Below, piece after piece: positions 16,868 through 27,202 of a stretch of DNA of 28,791 nt. The stretch spans positions 1-28,791 of IMG/VR virus record IMGVR_UViG_2534682161_000017. The stretch is one strand, 5' to 3'. The translations under genes and the position numbers were made by a program. Under the pieces are notes generated by a model that was given only the letters and a program-made list of their open reading frames with translations, was not told the origin of the DNA and ran no database searches. The stretch comes from a virus. Its lineage: Duplodnaviria > Heunggongvirae > Uroviricota > Caudoviricetes. Each line of letters starts with the position of its first letter. The stretch's first letter is position 1.

Positions 16868-16944
16868 CCATCTACATCACTGAGCTTGTAACAGGCCTGC
16901 TGGTAATCGCAGGCCTTTTTATTTGGGGGAGAGGGAAGTCATGA
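16864..16944 (+). CDS. Hydrophobic micro-protein (26 aa)
   Basis: [26 protein letters not shown]. Its ATG overlaps the helicase stop and its stop overlaps the ninB ATG (ATGA at both ends). Confidence 0.4.
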   Translation: MTIYITELVTGLLVIAGLFIWGRGKS

Positions 16945-17381
16945 AAAAACTAACCTTTGAAATTCGATCTCCGGCACATCAGCAAAACGCTATTCACGCA
17001 GTACAGCAAATCCTTCCAGACCCAACCAAACCAATCGTAGTAACCATTCAGGAACGCAACCGCAGCTTAGACCAAAACAGGAAGCTATGGGCCTGCTTAG
17101 GTGACGTCTCTCGTCAGGTTGAATGGCATGGTCGCTGGCTGGATGCAGAAAGCTGGAAGTGCGTTTTTACCGCAGCATTAAAGCAGCAGGACGTTGTTCC
17201 TAACCTTGCCGGGAATGGCTTTGTGGTAATAGGCCAGTCAACCAGCAGGATGCGTGTAAGCGAATTTGCGGAGCTATTAGAGCTTATACAGGCATTCGGT
17301 ACAGAGCGTGGCGTTAAGTGGTCAGACGAAGCGCGACTGGCTCTCGAATGGAAAGCGCGATGGGGAGACAGGGCGGCATGA
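16941..17381 (+). CDS. ninB: NinB recombination protein (146 aa)
   Basis: [66 protein letters not shown]... matches lambda NinB as I recall it. Confidence 0.93.
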   Translation: MKKLTFEIRSPAHQQNAIHAVQQILPDPTKPIVVTIQERNRSLDQNRKLWACLGDVSRQVEWHGRWLDAESWKCVFTAALKQQDVVPNLAGNGFVVIGQSTSRMRVSEFAELLELIQAFGTERGVKWSDEARLALEWKARWGDRAA

Positions 17382-17554
17382 GACGACAGCGACGAAGTTT
17401 CACCGACATCATCTGCGAAAACTGCAAATACCTTCCAACGAAACGCTCCAGAAATAAACGCAAGCCAATCCCAAAAGAATCTGACGTAAAAACCTTCAAC
17501 TACACGGCTCACCTGTGGGATATCCGGTGGCTAAGACATCGTGCGAGGAAATGA
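17378..17554 (+). CDS. ninE: NinE-like small protein (58 aa)
   Basis: [58 protein letters not shown], close to the lambda nin-region 60-aa protein as I recall it. ATGA overlap with ninB. Confidence 0.8.
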   Translation: MRRQRRSFTDIICENCKYLPTKRSRNKRKPIPKESDVKTFNYTAHLWDIRWLRHRARK

Positions 17555-17898
17555 CAATGGATTATTCACAGTTAAGTGATTTTGAAATTAACAGAATGGT
17601 AGGAGACATAATTTTTAAGGGCCTTTGGGCATGTAAGCCGGAAACGTCAGGGAATAATACCAACAAATGGTATTACGGAAACGCTGATACAACTTTTGAG
17701 CCATTAAACCATTTACCTGACTACTGCAATGATCCGAGTGCCTCATGGCCGATTATTGAGAAACACAGGATTTCTATCTTAGACCAGTTAACTGAATGGT
17801 GTGTGGATGCAAAAGGCGTAAGCCCAATATTTGATACCAGACCTCTCCGCGCCGCCATGATTGTCTTTCTCATGATGCAGGACGCCAATAATGCTTAG
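17551..17898 (+). CDS. Hypothetical nin-region protein (about 114 aa; NinX-like by recollection)
   Basis: Candidate starts at 17551 and 17557 ([24 protein letters not shown]...). The track ORF starts at 17515, inside ninE. Confidence 0.5.
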   Translation: MTMDYSQLSDFEINRMVGDIIFKGLWACKPETSGNNTNKWYYGNADTTFEPLNHLPDYCNDPSASWPIIEKHRISILDQLTEWCVDAKGVSPIFDTRPLRAAMIVFLMMQDANNA

Positions 17899-18067
17899 CC
17901 CATCCCAATCCCTTCAATACCAGAAAGAAAGCGTCGAGCGAGCTTTAACGTGCGCTAACTGCGGTCAGAAGCTGCATGTGCTGGAAGTTCACGTGTGCTC
18001 AGATTGCTGCGCAGAACTGATGAGCGATCCGAATAGCTCAATGTACGAGGAAGAAGACGATGAATGA
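17891..18067 (+). CDS. ninF: NinF-like small protein (58 aa)
   Basis: Found by hand: [58 protein letters not shown], which matches lambda NinF as I recall it. Confidence 0.8.
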   Translation: MLSPSQSLQYQKESVERALTCANCGQKLHVLEVHVCSDCCAELMSDPNSSMYEEEDDE

Positions 18068-18782
18068 GTTAATAAATGGCAATGCTATCAAAATGACAAG
18101 CATTGAAATCGCTGAGTTGGTGGGTAAGCGTCAAGACAATGTGAAACGTACCATCGAAACGCTGGCTAAAAATGGTGTTATCCGGCTTCCTCAAATTGAG
18201 GTTTCCGAAAGAATCAATAACTTAGGGTTCAATGTTCAGTACGAGCATTACGTCTTCGAAGGCGAACAAGGTAAGCGAGACAGTATTGTCGTTGTTGCCC
18301 AGTTGTCGCCGGAATTCACCGCTCGTCTTGTTGACCGTTGGCGAGAGCTTGAGGAAACTGCGGTTAATATCCCCAAAACGCTACCAGAAGCGTTGCGCCT
18401 TGCTGCTGATCTTGCTGAGCAGAAAATGCAACTGGAAAACCAGCTCGCAATTGCCGCACCTAAAGTTGAGTTTGCCGATCGCGTTGGCGAGGCCAGCGGA
18501 ATTTTGATTGGAAACTTTGCAAAGGTTGTCGGTATTGGTCCAAACAAACTGTTTGCGTGGATGCGTGATCACAAAATCCTTATTGCTTCAGGTTCCCGGC
18601 GCAATGTGCCAATGCAGGAATATATGGATCGCGGCTATTTCACAGTGAAAGAAACAGCGGTCAACACAAATCACGGAATACAGATATCGTTCACCACAAA
18701 AATCACCGGGCGTGGTCAACAGTGGCTGACCAGAAAGCTGCTCGATAACGGAATGCTGAAAGTAACAGGGGAGGCTGCTTAA
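18060..18782 (+). CDS. Phage antirepressor, Rha-type N-terminus with a KilAC-type C-terminal domain (240 aa)
   Basis: The N-terminus (TSIEIAELVGKRQDNVKRTIETL) resembles the Rha family. The C-terminus (KVEFADRVGEASGILIGNFAKVVGIGPNKLFAWMRDHKILI) resembles antirepressor KilAC domains. Confidence 0.7.
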   Translation: MNELINGNAIKMTSIEIAELVGKRQDNVKRTIETLAKNGVIRLPQIEVSERINNLGFNVQYEHYVFEGEQGKRDSIVVVAQLSPEFTARLVDRWRELEETAVNIPKTLPEALRLAADLAEQKMQLENQLAIAAPKVEFADRVGEASGILIGNFAKVVGIGPNKLFAWMRDHKILIASGSRRNVPMQEYMDRGYFTVKETAVNTNHGIQISFTTKITGRGQQWLTRKLLDNGMLKVTGEAA

Positions 18783-19072
18783 TGGCTAACCTACGCAAAG
18801 AAGCGCGCAACAGAGAATGCCAGGTACGTATTTACGGCGTATGCAATGGCAATCCTGAAACTACAGTTCTGGCACATTACCGGATGGCTGGAATTTGCGG
18901 AACGGGAATGAAACCTGACGACCTGATCGGCGCATGGGCTTGTAGTGACTGCCACGCGGAGATCGACCGACGCACAAGGATTCTCGACAACAAAGACGCC
19001 AGACTTTACCACCTCGAAGGCGTGATAAGGACGCAGGCGATACTGCTGAAGGAGGGGAAGATTAAGCCATGA
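18782..19072 (+). CDS. DUF1364-like nin-region protein (YbcO-like, 96 aa)
   Basis: Cys/His-rich (CQVRIYGVCNG...WACSDCHAEID). It is immediately upstream of rusA, as in DLP12-type nin regions. Confidence 0.6.
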   Translation: MANLRKEARNRECQVRIYGVCNGNPETTVLAHYRMAGICGTGMKPDDLIGAWACSDCHAEIDRRTRILDNKDARLYHLEGVIRTQAILLKEGKIKP

Positions 19073-19431
19073 ACGAATATCAGTTTGTGCTTCCATACCC
19101 GCCGTCGCTGAACACCTACTGGCGAAGACGGGGGAGTCAATACTACATCAGCGATAAAGGCCAGAAATACCGAAAAGACGTTCAGCAAATCATCCGCCAA
19201 CTTAAGTTAGACATTTTCACCAAATCACGACTCCGCATCAAAGTCATCGCAGACGTTCCAGACTCCCGCCGCCGCGACCTCGATAACATCCTGAAGGGTT
19301 TACTCGACTCCCTTATCCACGCCGGATTTGCGGAAGACGACGAGCAATTCGATGACATTCGCGTAATTCGTGGTGTGAAAGTACCAGGCGGACGGCTTGG
19401 AATAAAAATCACCGAACTGGAGAACGTATGA
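19069..19431 (+). CDS. rusA: Holliday-junction resolvase RusA (120 aa)
   Basis: MNEYQFVLPYPPSLNTYWRRRG...RRRDLDNILKGLLDSL...GRLGIKITE, with RusA catalytic Asp motifs. Confidence 0.9.
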   Translation: MNEYQFVLPYPPSLNTYWRRRGSQYYISDKGQKYRKDVQQIIRQLKLDIFTKSRLRIKVIADVPDSRRRDLDNILKGLLDSLIHAGFAEDDEQFDDIRVIRGVKVPGGRLGIKITELENV

Positions 19432-19616
19432 ACGCCACAATTCAAACGATACCAGAGCTTCTTATCCAGACACGAGGCAATCAGACCGAAGTGGCGAGGA
19501 TGCTTTCCTGCGCAAGAGGAACAGTGCTCAAGTACAACCGAGACAGCAAAGGCGAGCGTCACGTAATAGTTAACGGCGTCCTGATGGTCAAACAGGGCAA
19601 AAGGGGAAGGCCATGA
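19428..19616 (+). CDS. ninH: NinH-like protein (62 aa)
   Basis: ...GNQTEVARMLSCARGTVLKYNRDSKGERHVIVNGVLMV resembles lambda NinH (YGNQTEVARRLKCSRGTVRKY). Confidence 0.75.
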   Translation: MNATIQTIPELLIQTRGNQTEVARMLSCARGTVLKYNRDSKGERHVIVNGVLMVKQGKRGRP

Positions 19617-20236
19617 GACTAGAAAGCGTAGCTAAATTTCATTCGCCAAAAAGCCCGATGATGAGTGACTCACCACGGGCCACGGCTTCTGACTCTCTTT
19701 CCGGTACTGATGTGATGGCTGCTATGGGGATGGCGCAATCACAAGCCGGATTCGGAATGGCTGCATTCTGTGGTAAGCACGAACTCAGCCAGAACGACAA
19801 ACAAAAGGCTATCAACTATCTGATGCAATTTGCACACAAGGTATCGGGGAAATACCGGGGTGTGGCAAAGCTCGAAGGAAATACTAAGGCAAAGGTACTG
19901 CAAGTGCTCGCAACATTCGCTTATGCTGATTATTGCCGTAGTGCCGCGACGCCGGGCGCAAGATGCAGAGATTGCCACGGTACAGGCCGTGCGGTTGATA
20001 TAGCCAAAACAGAGCAGTGGGGGAGAGTTGTTGAGAAAGAGTGCGGAAGATGCAAAGGTGTCGGCTATTCAAGAATGCCAGCAAGCGCTGCATATCGCGC
20101 TGTAACGATGCTAATCCCAAACCTTACCCAACCCACCTGGTCACGCACTGTTAAGCCGCTGTATGACGCTCTGGTGGTGCAATGCCACAAAGAAGAGTCA
20201 ATCGCAGACAACATTTTGAATGCGGTCACACGTTAG
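19613..20236 (+). CDS. Q: Late-gene antiterminator Q, lambda type (207 aa)
   Basis: MRLESVAKFHSPKSPMMSDSPRATASDSLSGTDVMAAMGMAQSQAGFGMAAFCGKHELSQNDKQ... with a zinc-binding CxxC...CxxC; it matches lambda Q as I recall it. Confidence 0.95.
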   Translation: MRLESVAKFHSPKSPMMSDSPRATASDSLSGTDVMAAMGMAQSQAGFGMAAFCGKHELSQNDKQKAINYLMQFAHKVSGKYRGVAKLEGNTKAKVLQVLATFAYADYCRSAATPGARCRDCHGTGRAVDIAKTEQWGRVVEKECGRCKGVGYSRMPASAAYRAVTMLIPNLTQPTWSRTVKPLYDALVVQCHKEESIADNILNAVTR

Positions 20237-20278
20237 CAGCATGATTGCCACGGATGGCAACATATTAACGGCATGATA

Positions 20279-20307
20279 TTGACTTTTTGAATAAAGTTGG
20301 GTAAATT
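20279..20307 (+). promoter_or_regulatory. Late promoter pR' (-35 TTGACT, -10 TAAATT, 17-bp spacer) with the adjacent qut region
   Basis: TTGACTTTTTGAATAAAGTTGGGTAAATT lies immediately downstream of Q and is near-identical to lambda pR' as I recall it. Confidence 0.8.
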
Positions 20308-20343
20308 TGACTCAACGATGGATAAATGCACTCGTTAAATAAA

Positions 20344-20378
20344 GCCCTGAGTTAATAGCTCGGGGCTTTTTGCGTTTT
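20344..20378 (+). terminator. Intrinsic terminator tR' (AGCCCTGAG-loop-CTCGGGGCT, then T5GCGT4)
   Basis: A GC-rich hairpin followed by a U-tract about 30-65 nt downstream of the predicted pR' start. Confidence 0.7.
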
Positions 20379-20669
20379 AAGCACGACCTTTCTGAAAGCG
20401 CATCAAACCAAATACCAGACAGACCAAAATAATCACCTTATCCGCTGTGGCTACGGTGCGGTGTGCTTTGCATAAAAGAAAACCAGCTCAATGGCTGGCT
20501 TCGTGAAAGCGGGTGGCAAGAGGTTGCGCTAACAACCTCATGCCGTTTTGCCCGTGCATATCGGTCACGAACAAATCTGATTACTAAACACAGTAGCCTG
20601 GATTTGTTCTATCAGTAATCGACCTTATTCCTAATTAAATAGAGCAAATCCCCTTATTGGGGGTAAGAC

Positions 20670-20993
20670 ATGAAGATGCCAGAAAAACATGACCTGTTAG
20701 CCGCCATTCTCGCGGCAAAGGAACAAGGCATCGGGGCAATCCTTGCGTTTGCAATGGCGTACCTTCGCGGCAGATATAATGGCGGTGCGTTTACAAAAAC
20801 AGTAATCGACGCAACGATGTGCGCCATTATCGCCTGGTTCATTCGTGACCTTCTCGACTTCGCCGGACTAAGTAGCAATCTCGCTTATATAACGAGCGTG
20901 TTCATCGGCTACATCGGTACTGACTCGATTGGTTCGCTTATCAAACGCTTCGCTGCTAAAAAAGCCGGAGTAGAAGATGGTGGAAATCAATAA
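20670..20993 (+). CDS. S: Holin S, lambda type (107 aa, dual-start MKMPEK)
   Basis: [67 protein letters not shown]... with three transmembrane segments. Confidence 0.95.
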   Translation: MKMPEKHDLLAAILAAKEQGIGAILAFAMAYLRGRYNGGAFTKTVIDATMCAIIAWFIRDLLDFAGLSSNLAYITSVFIGYIGTDSIGSLIKRFAAKKAGVEDGGNQ

Positions 20994-21453
20994 TCAACGT
21001 AAGGCGTTCCTCGATATGCTGGCGTGGTCAGAGGGAACTGATAACGGACGTCAGAAAACCAGAAATCATGGTTATGACGTCATTGTAGGCGGGGGGCTAT
21101 TCACTGATTACTCCGATCACCCTCGCAAACTTGTCACGCTAAACCCCAAACTCAAATCAACAGCAGCCGGACGTTACCAGCTTCTTTCCCGTTGGTGGGA
21201 TGCCTACCGCAAGCAGCTTGGCCTGAAAGACTTCTCTCCGAAAAGTCAGGACGCTGTGGCATTGCAGCAGATTAAGGAGCGTGGCGCTTTGCCGATGATT
21301 GATCGCGGTGATATTCGTCAGGCAATCGACCGTTGCAGCAATATCTGGGCTTCACTGCCGGGCGCTGGTTATGGCCAGTTCGAGCATAAGGCTGACAGCC
21401 TGATTGCAAAACTCAAAGAAGCAGGCGGAACGGTTAGAGAGATTGAGGTATGA
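20977..21453 (+). CDS. R: Endolysin R (lytic transglycosylase, 158 aa), lambda type
   Basis: [39 protein letters not shown]... matches lambda R as I recall it. Confidence 0.93.
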   Translation: MVEINNQRKAFLDMLAWSEGTDNGRQKTRNHGYDVIVGGGLFTDYSDHPRKLVTLNPKLKSTAAGRYQLLSRWWDAYRKQLGLKDFSPKSQDAVALQQIKERGALPMIDRGDIRQAIDRCSNIWASLPGAGYGQFEHKADSLIAKLKEAGGTVREIEV

Positions 21454-21887
21454 GCAGAGTCACCGCGATTATCTCCGCTCTGATTATCTGCATCGTCGTC
21501 TGTCTGTCATGGGCGGTCAATCATTACCGTGATAACGCCATCGCCTACAAAGAACAGCGCGATAAGGCCGCATCCACAATCGCTGACATGCAGAAGCGTC
21601 AACGTGATGTAGCAGAACTTGACGCCAGATACACAAAGGAGCTTGCTGATGCTAATGCGACTATCGAAAGTCTCCGTGCTGATGTTTCTGCTGGTCGTAA
21701 GCGCCTGCAAGTCGCCGCCACCTGTGCAAAGTCAACGACCGGAGCCAACAGCATGGGCGATGGAGAAAGCCCAAGACTTACAGCAGATGCTGAACTCAAT
21801 TATTACCGTCTCAGAAGTGGAATCGACAAGATAACCGCGCAGGTTAACTACCTGCAGGAATACATCAGGACGCAATGCCTGAAATGA
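21450..21887 (+). CDS. Rz: Inner-membrane spanin Rz (145 aa)
   Basis: N-terminal transmembrane helix ([20 protein letters not shown]) and a coiled-coil periplasmic domain. It follows R with an ATGA overlap. Confidence 0.88.
   Translation: MSRVTAIISALIICIVVCLSWAVNHYRDNAIAYKEQRDKAASTIADMQKRQRDVAELDARYTKELADANATIESLRADVSAGRKRLQVAATCAKSTTGANSMGDGESPRLTADAELNYYRLRSGIDKITAQVNYLQEYIRTQCLK
21649..21834 (+). CDS. Rz1: Outer-membrane lipoprotein spanin Rz1, embedded in Rz in the +1 frame (about 61 aa)
   Basis: Signal peptide with lipobox ([10 protein letters not shown]) and a proline-rich mature part ([13 protein letters not shown]). It lies entirely within Rz. Confidence 0.75.
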   Translation: MLMRLSKVSVLMFLLVVSACKSPPPVQSQRPEPTAWAMEKAQDLQQMLNSIITVSEVESTR

Positions 21888-21921
21888 TCGGGCGATGAAA
21901 ACCAAAAAACAGGAGCAATAC

Positions 21922-22062
21922 ATGACTAAGCTTTATCACCGCATCTCAACTTTTCTCTCTGGGTGCTGGGCGTTTATCACGTCTATTTCGTTCGCCATCT
22001 TTAGTTTCGGTAGCACAGCATGCTCGCTTAGTCGGGTATGTGGCGTGCTATTTCAGCACTAG
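21922..22062 (+). CDS. Hypothetical small hydrophobic protein (46 aa)
   Basis: Found by hand: MTKLYHRISTFLSGCWAFITSISFAIFSFGSTACSLSRVCGVLFQH, with an AGGAG Shine-Dalgarno 7 nt upstream. Confidence 0.4.
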   Translation: MTKLYHRISTFLSGCWAFITSISFAIFSFGSTACSLSRVCGVLFQH

Positions 22063-22425
22063 CGCCGAAATTTTTACCTGAAAAGGCTGTTTGGCGAATT
22101 GTAGAGCGAATGTGTAGTGAGAGCGTTCGCGAGAAGATTAACGTATTTGGGCGTCATCCTCGAAATACAGGCGCATTGTGCAGTTCGTTACTGTAGTCAT
22201 TACAAAGCCCATCAATGGGTGGGCTTGATAATGAAACCGGAATTTATTCTGGGCCACCAGTTAACGGCAGTACAGCGAAACAACCCAAGCCAGTAAGTGG
22301 GGAAATAACACTGGCAGCCACTGAAAGATGAACCTCCTGCCTTATGGCAAAAAAGATTCTTTGTGGTGGCGGACTGATGGAAAGACATCCACTGAATCGA
22401 TGATAAACAAGTGGAATAGGTTGCG

Positions 22426-22596
22426 ATGGTTTCCGTGAACAAAGATCCGAAGGAAGGCGTTGAATACATCACTGGTGCTGATGGTGTGAAAAGGCCAATG
22501 GCTTATTACAAAGCTGCTGAAGAGAGGGCAAGAATGGAAAATCCCCCTAAATGCGGATCATTTTTCGACATGCTGGACCTTCAATGGAAGTTGTGA
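22426..22596 (+). CDS. Hypothetical small protein (56 aa)
   Basis: Found by hand: MVSVNKDPKEGVEYITGADGVKRPMAYYKAAEERARMENPPKCGSFFDMLDLQWKL. Weak Shine-Dalgarno; followed by a terminator. Confidence 0.3.
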   Translation: MVSVNKDPKEGVEYITGADGVKRPMAYYKAAEERARMENPPKCGSFFDMLDLQWKL

Positions 22597-22606
22597 ACAA
22601 CTAACA

Positions 22607-22628
22607 GGTCGCTCAGGCGGCCTTTTTT
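22607..22628 (+). terminator. Putative intrinsic terminator (GGTCGC-TCAG-GCGGCC, then T6)
   Basis: A 6-bp stem with one G-U pair and a 4-nt loop, followed by TTTTTT. Confidence 0.5.
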
Positions 22629-22735
22629 ATTGCCATCACAAAAGCCATTCCCTACATAGTGGCTTTGATAATGGCTTATACCCTACACGGGATAACTTAA
22701 CTGATATCCCTTTTAACGGATAAACGGAGCCAACA

Positions 22736-22978
22736 ATGGCAGAGATTATTCCCATGACTGAAGAACAGAAGTTCAAGTTAGAAATTTACCGACTGCTATC
22801 TAAGAACAATTCAGCGGCAGAGGAAGCTTTTGCATTCATTGGTGCTGACCAACTGAAACTGGAATTGTTCAAGTTGCACTACAACGATGGCGGTGCAAAT
22901 CCAGACTTCACATCTCGCACTATCGAAGCGGTGCGTAAATCGAAGGAAGCGTTAGACCTGTTCACTACCGGAGCATAA
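22736..22978 (+). CDS. Hypothetical protein upstream of the small terminase gene (80 aa)
   Basis: ORF with an ACGGAG Shine-Dalgarno. Confidence 0.5.
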   Translation: MAEIIPMTEEQKFKLEIYRLLSKNNSAAEEAFAFIGADQLKLELFKLHYNDGGANPDFTSRTIEAVRKSKEALDLFTTGA

Positions 22979-23057
22979 ACATGGCAACTCAAGGTTTCGA
23001 CAACCCATCCAAATTCCGCGATGAATGGGATAAGCAAGCAGAAGGGAAATAATCAAT

Positions 23058-23546
23058 ATGGCAGCACCAAAGGGCAACCGATTTTGGGAGGCCCGCAGTA
23101 GTCATGGGCGAAATCCTAAATTCGAATCGCCTGAGGCGCTGTGGGCTGCTTGTTGTGAATACTTCGAGTGGGTGGAAGCTAACCCGCTATGGGAGATGAA
23201 GGCGTTCTCGTATCAGGGTGAAGTAATACAAGAGCCTATCGCCAAGATGCGAGCGATGACCATTACCGGCCTCACTCTGTTCATTGATGTGACGCTTGAA
23301 ACATGGCGCACATATCGCCTGCGAGAAGATTTATCTGAAGTCGTTACGCGAGCAGAACAGGTCATCTACGACCAGAAATTCTCTGGCGCAGCCGCTGACC
23401 TTCTCAACGCTAACATCATCGCCCGTGATTTGGGCCTCAAAGAGCAGTCGCAAGTTGAAGACGTGACACCTGATAAGGGAGATCGCGATAAGCGGCGCTC
23501 TCGTATCAAGGAGCTATTCAACCGTGGAACTGGACGCGATTCTTGA
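23058..23546 (+). CDS. Terminase small subunit, P22 gp3 type (162 aa)
   Basis: [50 protein letters not shown]... matches P22 gp3 as I recall it, and has the same length. It contains the pac-like sequence. Confidence 0.85.
   Translation: MAAPKGNRFWEARSSHGRNPKFESPEALWAACCEYFEWVEANPLWEMKAFSYQGEVIQEPIAKMRAMTITGLTLFIDVTLETWRTYRLREDLSEVVTRAEQVIYDQKFSGAAADLLNANIIARDLGLKEQSQVEDVTPDKGDRDKRRSRIKELFNRGTGRDS
23325..23346 (+). other. pac: pac site candidate (GAAGATTTATCTGAAGTCGTTA) inside the small terminase gene
   Basis: Matches the 22-bp P22 pac sequence as I recall it, at the equivalent position in the gene. Confidence 0.55.
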
Positions 23547-25023
23547 TAACCTGAGCGACGAAGAGCAAATCGAGTTGCTCGAGCTACTCGAAGAAGAAGA
23601 GAACTACCGGAACACACACCTGCTATATGAATTTACGCCATACAGCAAGCAGCGTGAGTTCATCGACGCCGGGCATGACTATCCAGAGCGATGTTTTATG
23701 GCTGGTAACCAGCTTGGTAAGTCATTTACTGGTGCTGCTGAAGTCGCGTTTCACCTTACCGGTCGTTATCCGGGCACAAAAGGCTATCCTGCTGATGGTA
23801 AATATGGCGGTGAGTGGAAAGGTAAGCGTTTCTATGAGCCTGTTGTCTTCTGGATTGGTGGAGAGACAAACGAGACTGTAACCAAAACGACTCAACGCAT
23901 CCTGTGCGGTCGTATCGAAGAGAATGGTGAGCCAGGCTACGGTTCCATACCGAAAGAAGACATCATTAGCTGGAAGAAGTCTCCTTTCTTTCCGAACCTT
24001 GTTGATCATCTTCTGGTTAAGCATCACACGGCTGATGGCGTTGAAGATGGCATTTCAATCTGCTACTTCAAACCATACTCGCAAGGCCGTGCTCGCTGGC
24101 AGGGTGACACAATCCACGGCGTGTGGTTTGACGAAGAGCCACCATACAGCATTTATGGCGAAGGTCTTACCCGTACCAACAAATACGGGCAATTCTCAAT
24201 TCTGACGTTTACCCCGCTGATGGGGATGTCTGACGTTGTTACCAAGTTCCTGAAGAATCCCAGCAAGTCTCAGAAAGTGGTCAACATGACCATCTATGAC
24301 GCTGAGCACTACACCGACGAGCAGAAAGAGCAAATCATCGCATCCTATCCTGAGCATGAGAGAGAGGCGCGTGCTCGCGGTATTCCTACGATGGGTAGTG
24401 GTCGAATCTTCCAGATACCGGAAGAGACGATTAAGTGTCAGCCGTTCGAGTGTCCTGATCACTTCTACGTAATTGGCGGTATGGATTTCGGATGGGATCA
24501 CCCGCAGGCGCAGGTTCAGCTTTGGTGGGATAAGGACGCAGACATAATCTACCTTTCACGCGTTTGGAAGGCGAAAGAAAAGACAGCCGTTCAGGCGTGG
24601 GGAGCTGTTAAACCATGGGCGCATAAAGTGCCAACCGCATGGCCTCATGACGGAAACCAGCACGAGAAGGGCGGCGGTGAGCAGCTCAAAGGGCAGTATG
24701 CGGACGCTGGATTTATGATGTTGCAGGAGCATGCGACATGGCCTGATGGCGGTAACGCTGTTGAGCCTGGCATCACTGAATTGCGAGACATGATGCTCGA
24801 CGGTCGCTTCAAAGTATTCAACACCTGTGAGCCATTCTTTGAGGAGTTCCGCCTCTATCACCGTGATGAAAACGGGAAAATCGTCAAGCTTAACGACGAC
24901 GTGCTATCCGCCGTTCGCTATGCATACATGATGCGCCGCTTCGCAAAAATGATGCGCGACATCAAAAAGCCAAAAGAGAAAAAGATACCAGCCCCAATCA
25001 GGCCCATCGCACGGAGAACTTAA
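23524..25023 (+). CDS. Terminase large subunit, P22 gp2 type (499 aa)
   Basis: [37 protein letters not shown]... with an ATPase N-terminal domain and a nuclease C-terminal domain; same length as P22 gp2. Confidence 0.88.
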   Translation: MELDAILDNLSDEEQIELLELLEEEENYRNTHLLYEFTPYSKQREFIDAGHDYPERCFMAGNQLGKSFTGAAEVAFHLTGRYPGTKGYPADGKYGGEWKGKRFYEPVVFWIGGETNETVTKTTQRILCGRIEENGEPGYGSIPKEDIISWKKSPFFPNLVDHLLVKHHTADGVEDGISICYFKPYSQGRARWQGDTIHGVWFDEEPPYSIYGEGLTRTNKYGQFSILTFTPLMGMSDVVTKFLKNPSKSQKVVNMTIYDAEHYTDEQKEQIIASYPEHEREARARGIPTMGSGRIFQIPEETIKCQPFECPDHFYVIGGMDFGWDHPQAQVQLWWDKDADIIYLSRVWKAKEKTAVQAWGAVKPWAHKVPTAWPHDGNQHEKGGGEQLKGQYADAGFMMLQEHATWPDGGNAVEPGITELRDMMLDGRFKVFNTCEPFFEEFRLYHRDENGKIVKLNDDVLSAVRYAYMMRRFAKMMRDIKKPKEKKIPAPIRPIARRT

Positions 25024-27189
25024 ATGGCCGACGAAAACAGACTCAATTCCATTCTGTGTAAGTTTGACGCAGACTGGATGGCGAGCGATGAAGCCAGAAC
25101 CGAGGCGACAAATGACCTGTATTTTAGCCGAGTGTCGCAATGGGATGACTGGCTATCAAACTACACCACCCTGCAATATCGCGGACAATTCGATGTTGTT
25201 CGCCCGGTGGTCAGGAAGCTGGTCGCAGAGATGCGCCGGAACCCTATCGATGTTCTCTTCAGACCAAAAGACGGCGCTAATCCTGATGCTGCCGATGTGC
25301 TGATGGGGATGTATCGTACTGATATGCGCCATAATACGGCAAAAATTGCCGTTAACGTTGGCGTTCGTGAGCAGATAGAGTCAGGCGTTGGTGCATGGCG
25401 TCTGGTCACGCAGTACGAAGACAACGATCCAACAAGCAACAATCAGGTAATCCGACGCCTGCCAATCCATGAAGCCTGCTCACACGTCATATGGGACGCC
25501 AACAGCAAGCAGATGGATAAGAGCGACGCTAAGCACTGCACGGTGATTAACGCCTTGTCGCGCAATGGCTGGAAAGAGTTCGCAGAGGATTACGGTATTG
25601 ATCCGGACACGCTGCCATCTTTCCAGAATCCAAACGATACATGGCTGTTTCCGTGGGTATCGAATGATGTCGTCTACGTCGCTGAGTATTACGAGGTCGA
25701 AGAGAAGAAAGAGAAAGTCTTCATCTACCGCGACCCGCTGACAGGTGAGCCGGTCAGCTATTACCAGCAGGATATCAAAGACGTCATCGACGACCTGGCT
25801 AATCGTGGATTCATTAAGGTAGCAGAGCGCAAGGTGAAGCGTCGGCGTGTGTATAAGTCGATCGTCACCTGCACGCAGATACTGAAAGACCGCGAGAAGA
25901 TAGCCGGAGAGCATATTCCAATCGTTCCAGTATATGGCGAATGGTCATTCGCTGGTGACAAGGAGTGCTACGAAGGAGTGGTAAGGCTGACGAAAGACGG
26001 TCAACGCCTTCGTAACATGATCATGTCATTCAACGCCGATATTGTTGCTCGTTCACCGAAGAAGAAACCGACCTTCTTCCCTGAGCAAATCGAAGGCTAC
26101 GAATACATGTACGGTGGAAATGATGACTATCCGTACTATCTGCAGAACAGGACCGATGAAAACGGCAACGACCTGCCGATTGGTCCAATCTCCTACATGG
26201 AAAACCCTGAAGTGCCGCAAGCCAACGCTTACATGCTTGAGGCTGCCACCAACGCAGTGAAAGAGGTGGCTAGTCTTGGTGTGGATGCGCAGGCAGCAAA
26301 CTCTCAGGTCGCTTTCGATACCGTCAATCAACTGAACATGCGGGCAGACCTTGAGACATACGTGTTTCAGGATAACCTTGCTACCGCAATGCGACGTGAT
26401 GGCGAGATTTATGCTTCAATGGTCAATGATATTTATGACGTTCCTCGTCATGTAACGCTGACACTTGAAGATGGTAGCGAGAAAGACGTTCAACTCTACG
26501 CGCAAGTTGTAGATTACCAGTCCGGTAATGTGGTCACACTCAACGACATTCGCGGTCGCTATGAGTGCTATACCGACGTTGGACCATCCTTCCAGAGTAT
26601 GAAGGAACAGAACCGCGCAGAGATTCAGGAGTTACTCACCAAGGTTCCGCAAGGTACTCCAGAGTTCCAGATGCTGATGTTGCAATACTTCACGCTGCTT
26701 GACGGTAAAGGCGTCGAGATGATGCGAGAGTACGCGAACAAGCAACTGGTGATGATGTGGCTGAAGAAACCAGAAACACCTGAAGAGATGGAGATGGTGC
26801 AACAGGCGCAACAGCAGCCGCAGCAGCCATCAGCAGAGCAAATTCAGGCGCAGGGTATCCTTCTGCAAGGTCAGGCTGAATTGATCAAGGCAGAGAACCA
26901 ACAGGCGCAGATTCAGGTTGAAGCCGCCAAGGTTGAAGCCCAAAACCAACTCAACGCCGCGAAGATTGCAGAAATCTTCAACAATATGGACCTCGACAAG
27001 CAGGCAGAACTGCGTGAGTACCTCAAGCTCGTAGGTCAATTCCAGCAACAGCGCAGCAAAGATGCTCGTGCTAACGCTGAGCTGCTTCTTAAAGATGCAG
27101 ACCAGACTCATTCACAACGCATGGATTTCGCGAATCTTATGCGTCAAGTTCAAATCCCCTCCGGCGGAGTAGCCGAGACACCTCAATAA
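25024..27189 (+). CDS. Portal protein, P22 gp1 type (721 aa)
   Basis: [66 protein letters not shown]... resembles the P22 portal, including the long C-terminal helical barrel. Confidence 0.9.
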   Translation: MADENRLNSILCKFDADWMASDEARTEATNDLYFSRVSQWDDWLSNYTTLQYRGQFDVVRPVVRKLVAEMRRNPIDVLFRPKDGANPDAADVLMGMYRTDMRHNTAKIAVNVGVREQIESGVGAWRLVTQYEDNDPTSNNQVIRRLPIHEACSHVIWDANSKQMDKSDAKHCTVINALSRNGWKEFAEDYGIDPDTLPSFQNPNDTWLFPWVSNDVVYVAEYYEVEEKKEKVFIYRDPLTGEPVSYYQQDIKDVIDDLANRGFIKVAERKVKRRRVYKSIVTCTQILKDREKIAGEHIPIVPVYGEWSFAGDKECYEGVVRLTKDGQRLRNMIMSFNADIVARSPKKKPTFFPEQIEGYEYMYGGNDDYPYYLQNRTDENGNDLPIGPISYMENPEVPQANAYMLEAATNAVKEVASLGVDAQAANSQVAFDTVNQLNMRADLETYVFQDNLATAMRRDGEIYASMVNDIYDVPRHVTLTLEDGSEKDVQLYAQVVDYQSGNVVTLNDIRGRYECYTDVGPSFQSMKEQNRAEIQELLTKVPQGTPEFQMLMLQYFTLLDGKGVEMMREYANKQLVMMWLKKPETPEEMEMVQQAQQQPQQPSAEQIQAQGILLQGQAELIKAENQQAQIQVEAAKVEAQNQLNAAKIAEIFNNMDLDKQAELREYLKLVGQFQQQRSKDARANAELLLKDADQTHSQRMDFANLMRQVQIPSGGVAETPQ

Positions 27190-27202
27190 GAGAGAGTTAA
27201 CC

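Noticed and set aside
17114..17512. Minus-strand 132-aa and 61-aa ORFs
   Set aside because: They are antisense to ninB and ninE, which match lambda proteins as I recall them.
22212..22472. Minus-strand 86-aa ORF in the Rz-to-terminase gap
   Set aside because: No Shine-Dalgarno, opposite to the flanking late operon, and the translation looks junk-like (Cys/Ser/Trp-rich, no motif). Kept only as part of the gap finding.
25161..26331. Minus-strand ORFs (92-144 aa) inside the portal gene
   Set aside because: They are antisense to a P22-type portal ORF of full expected length.
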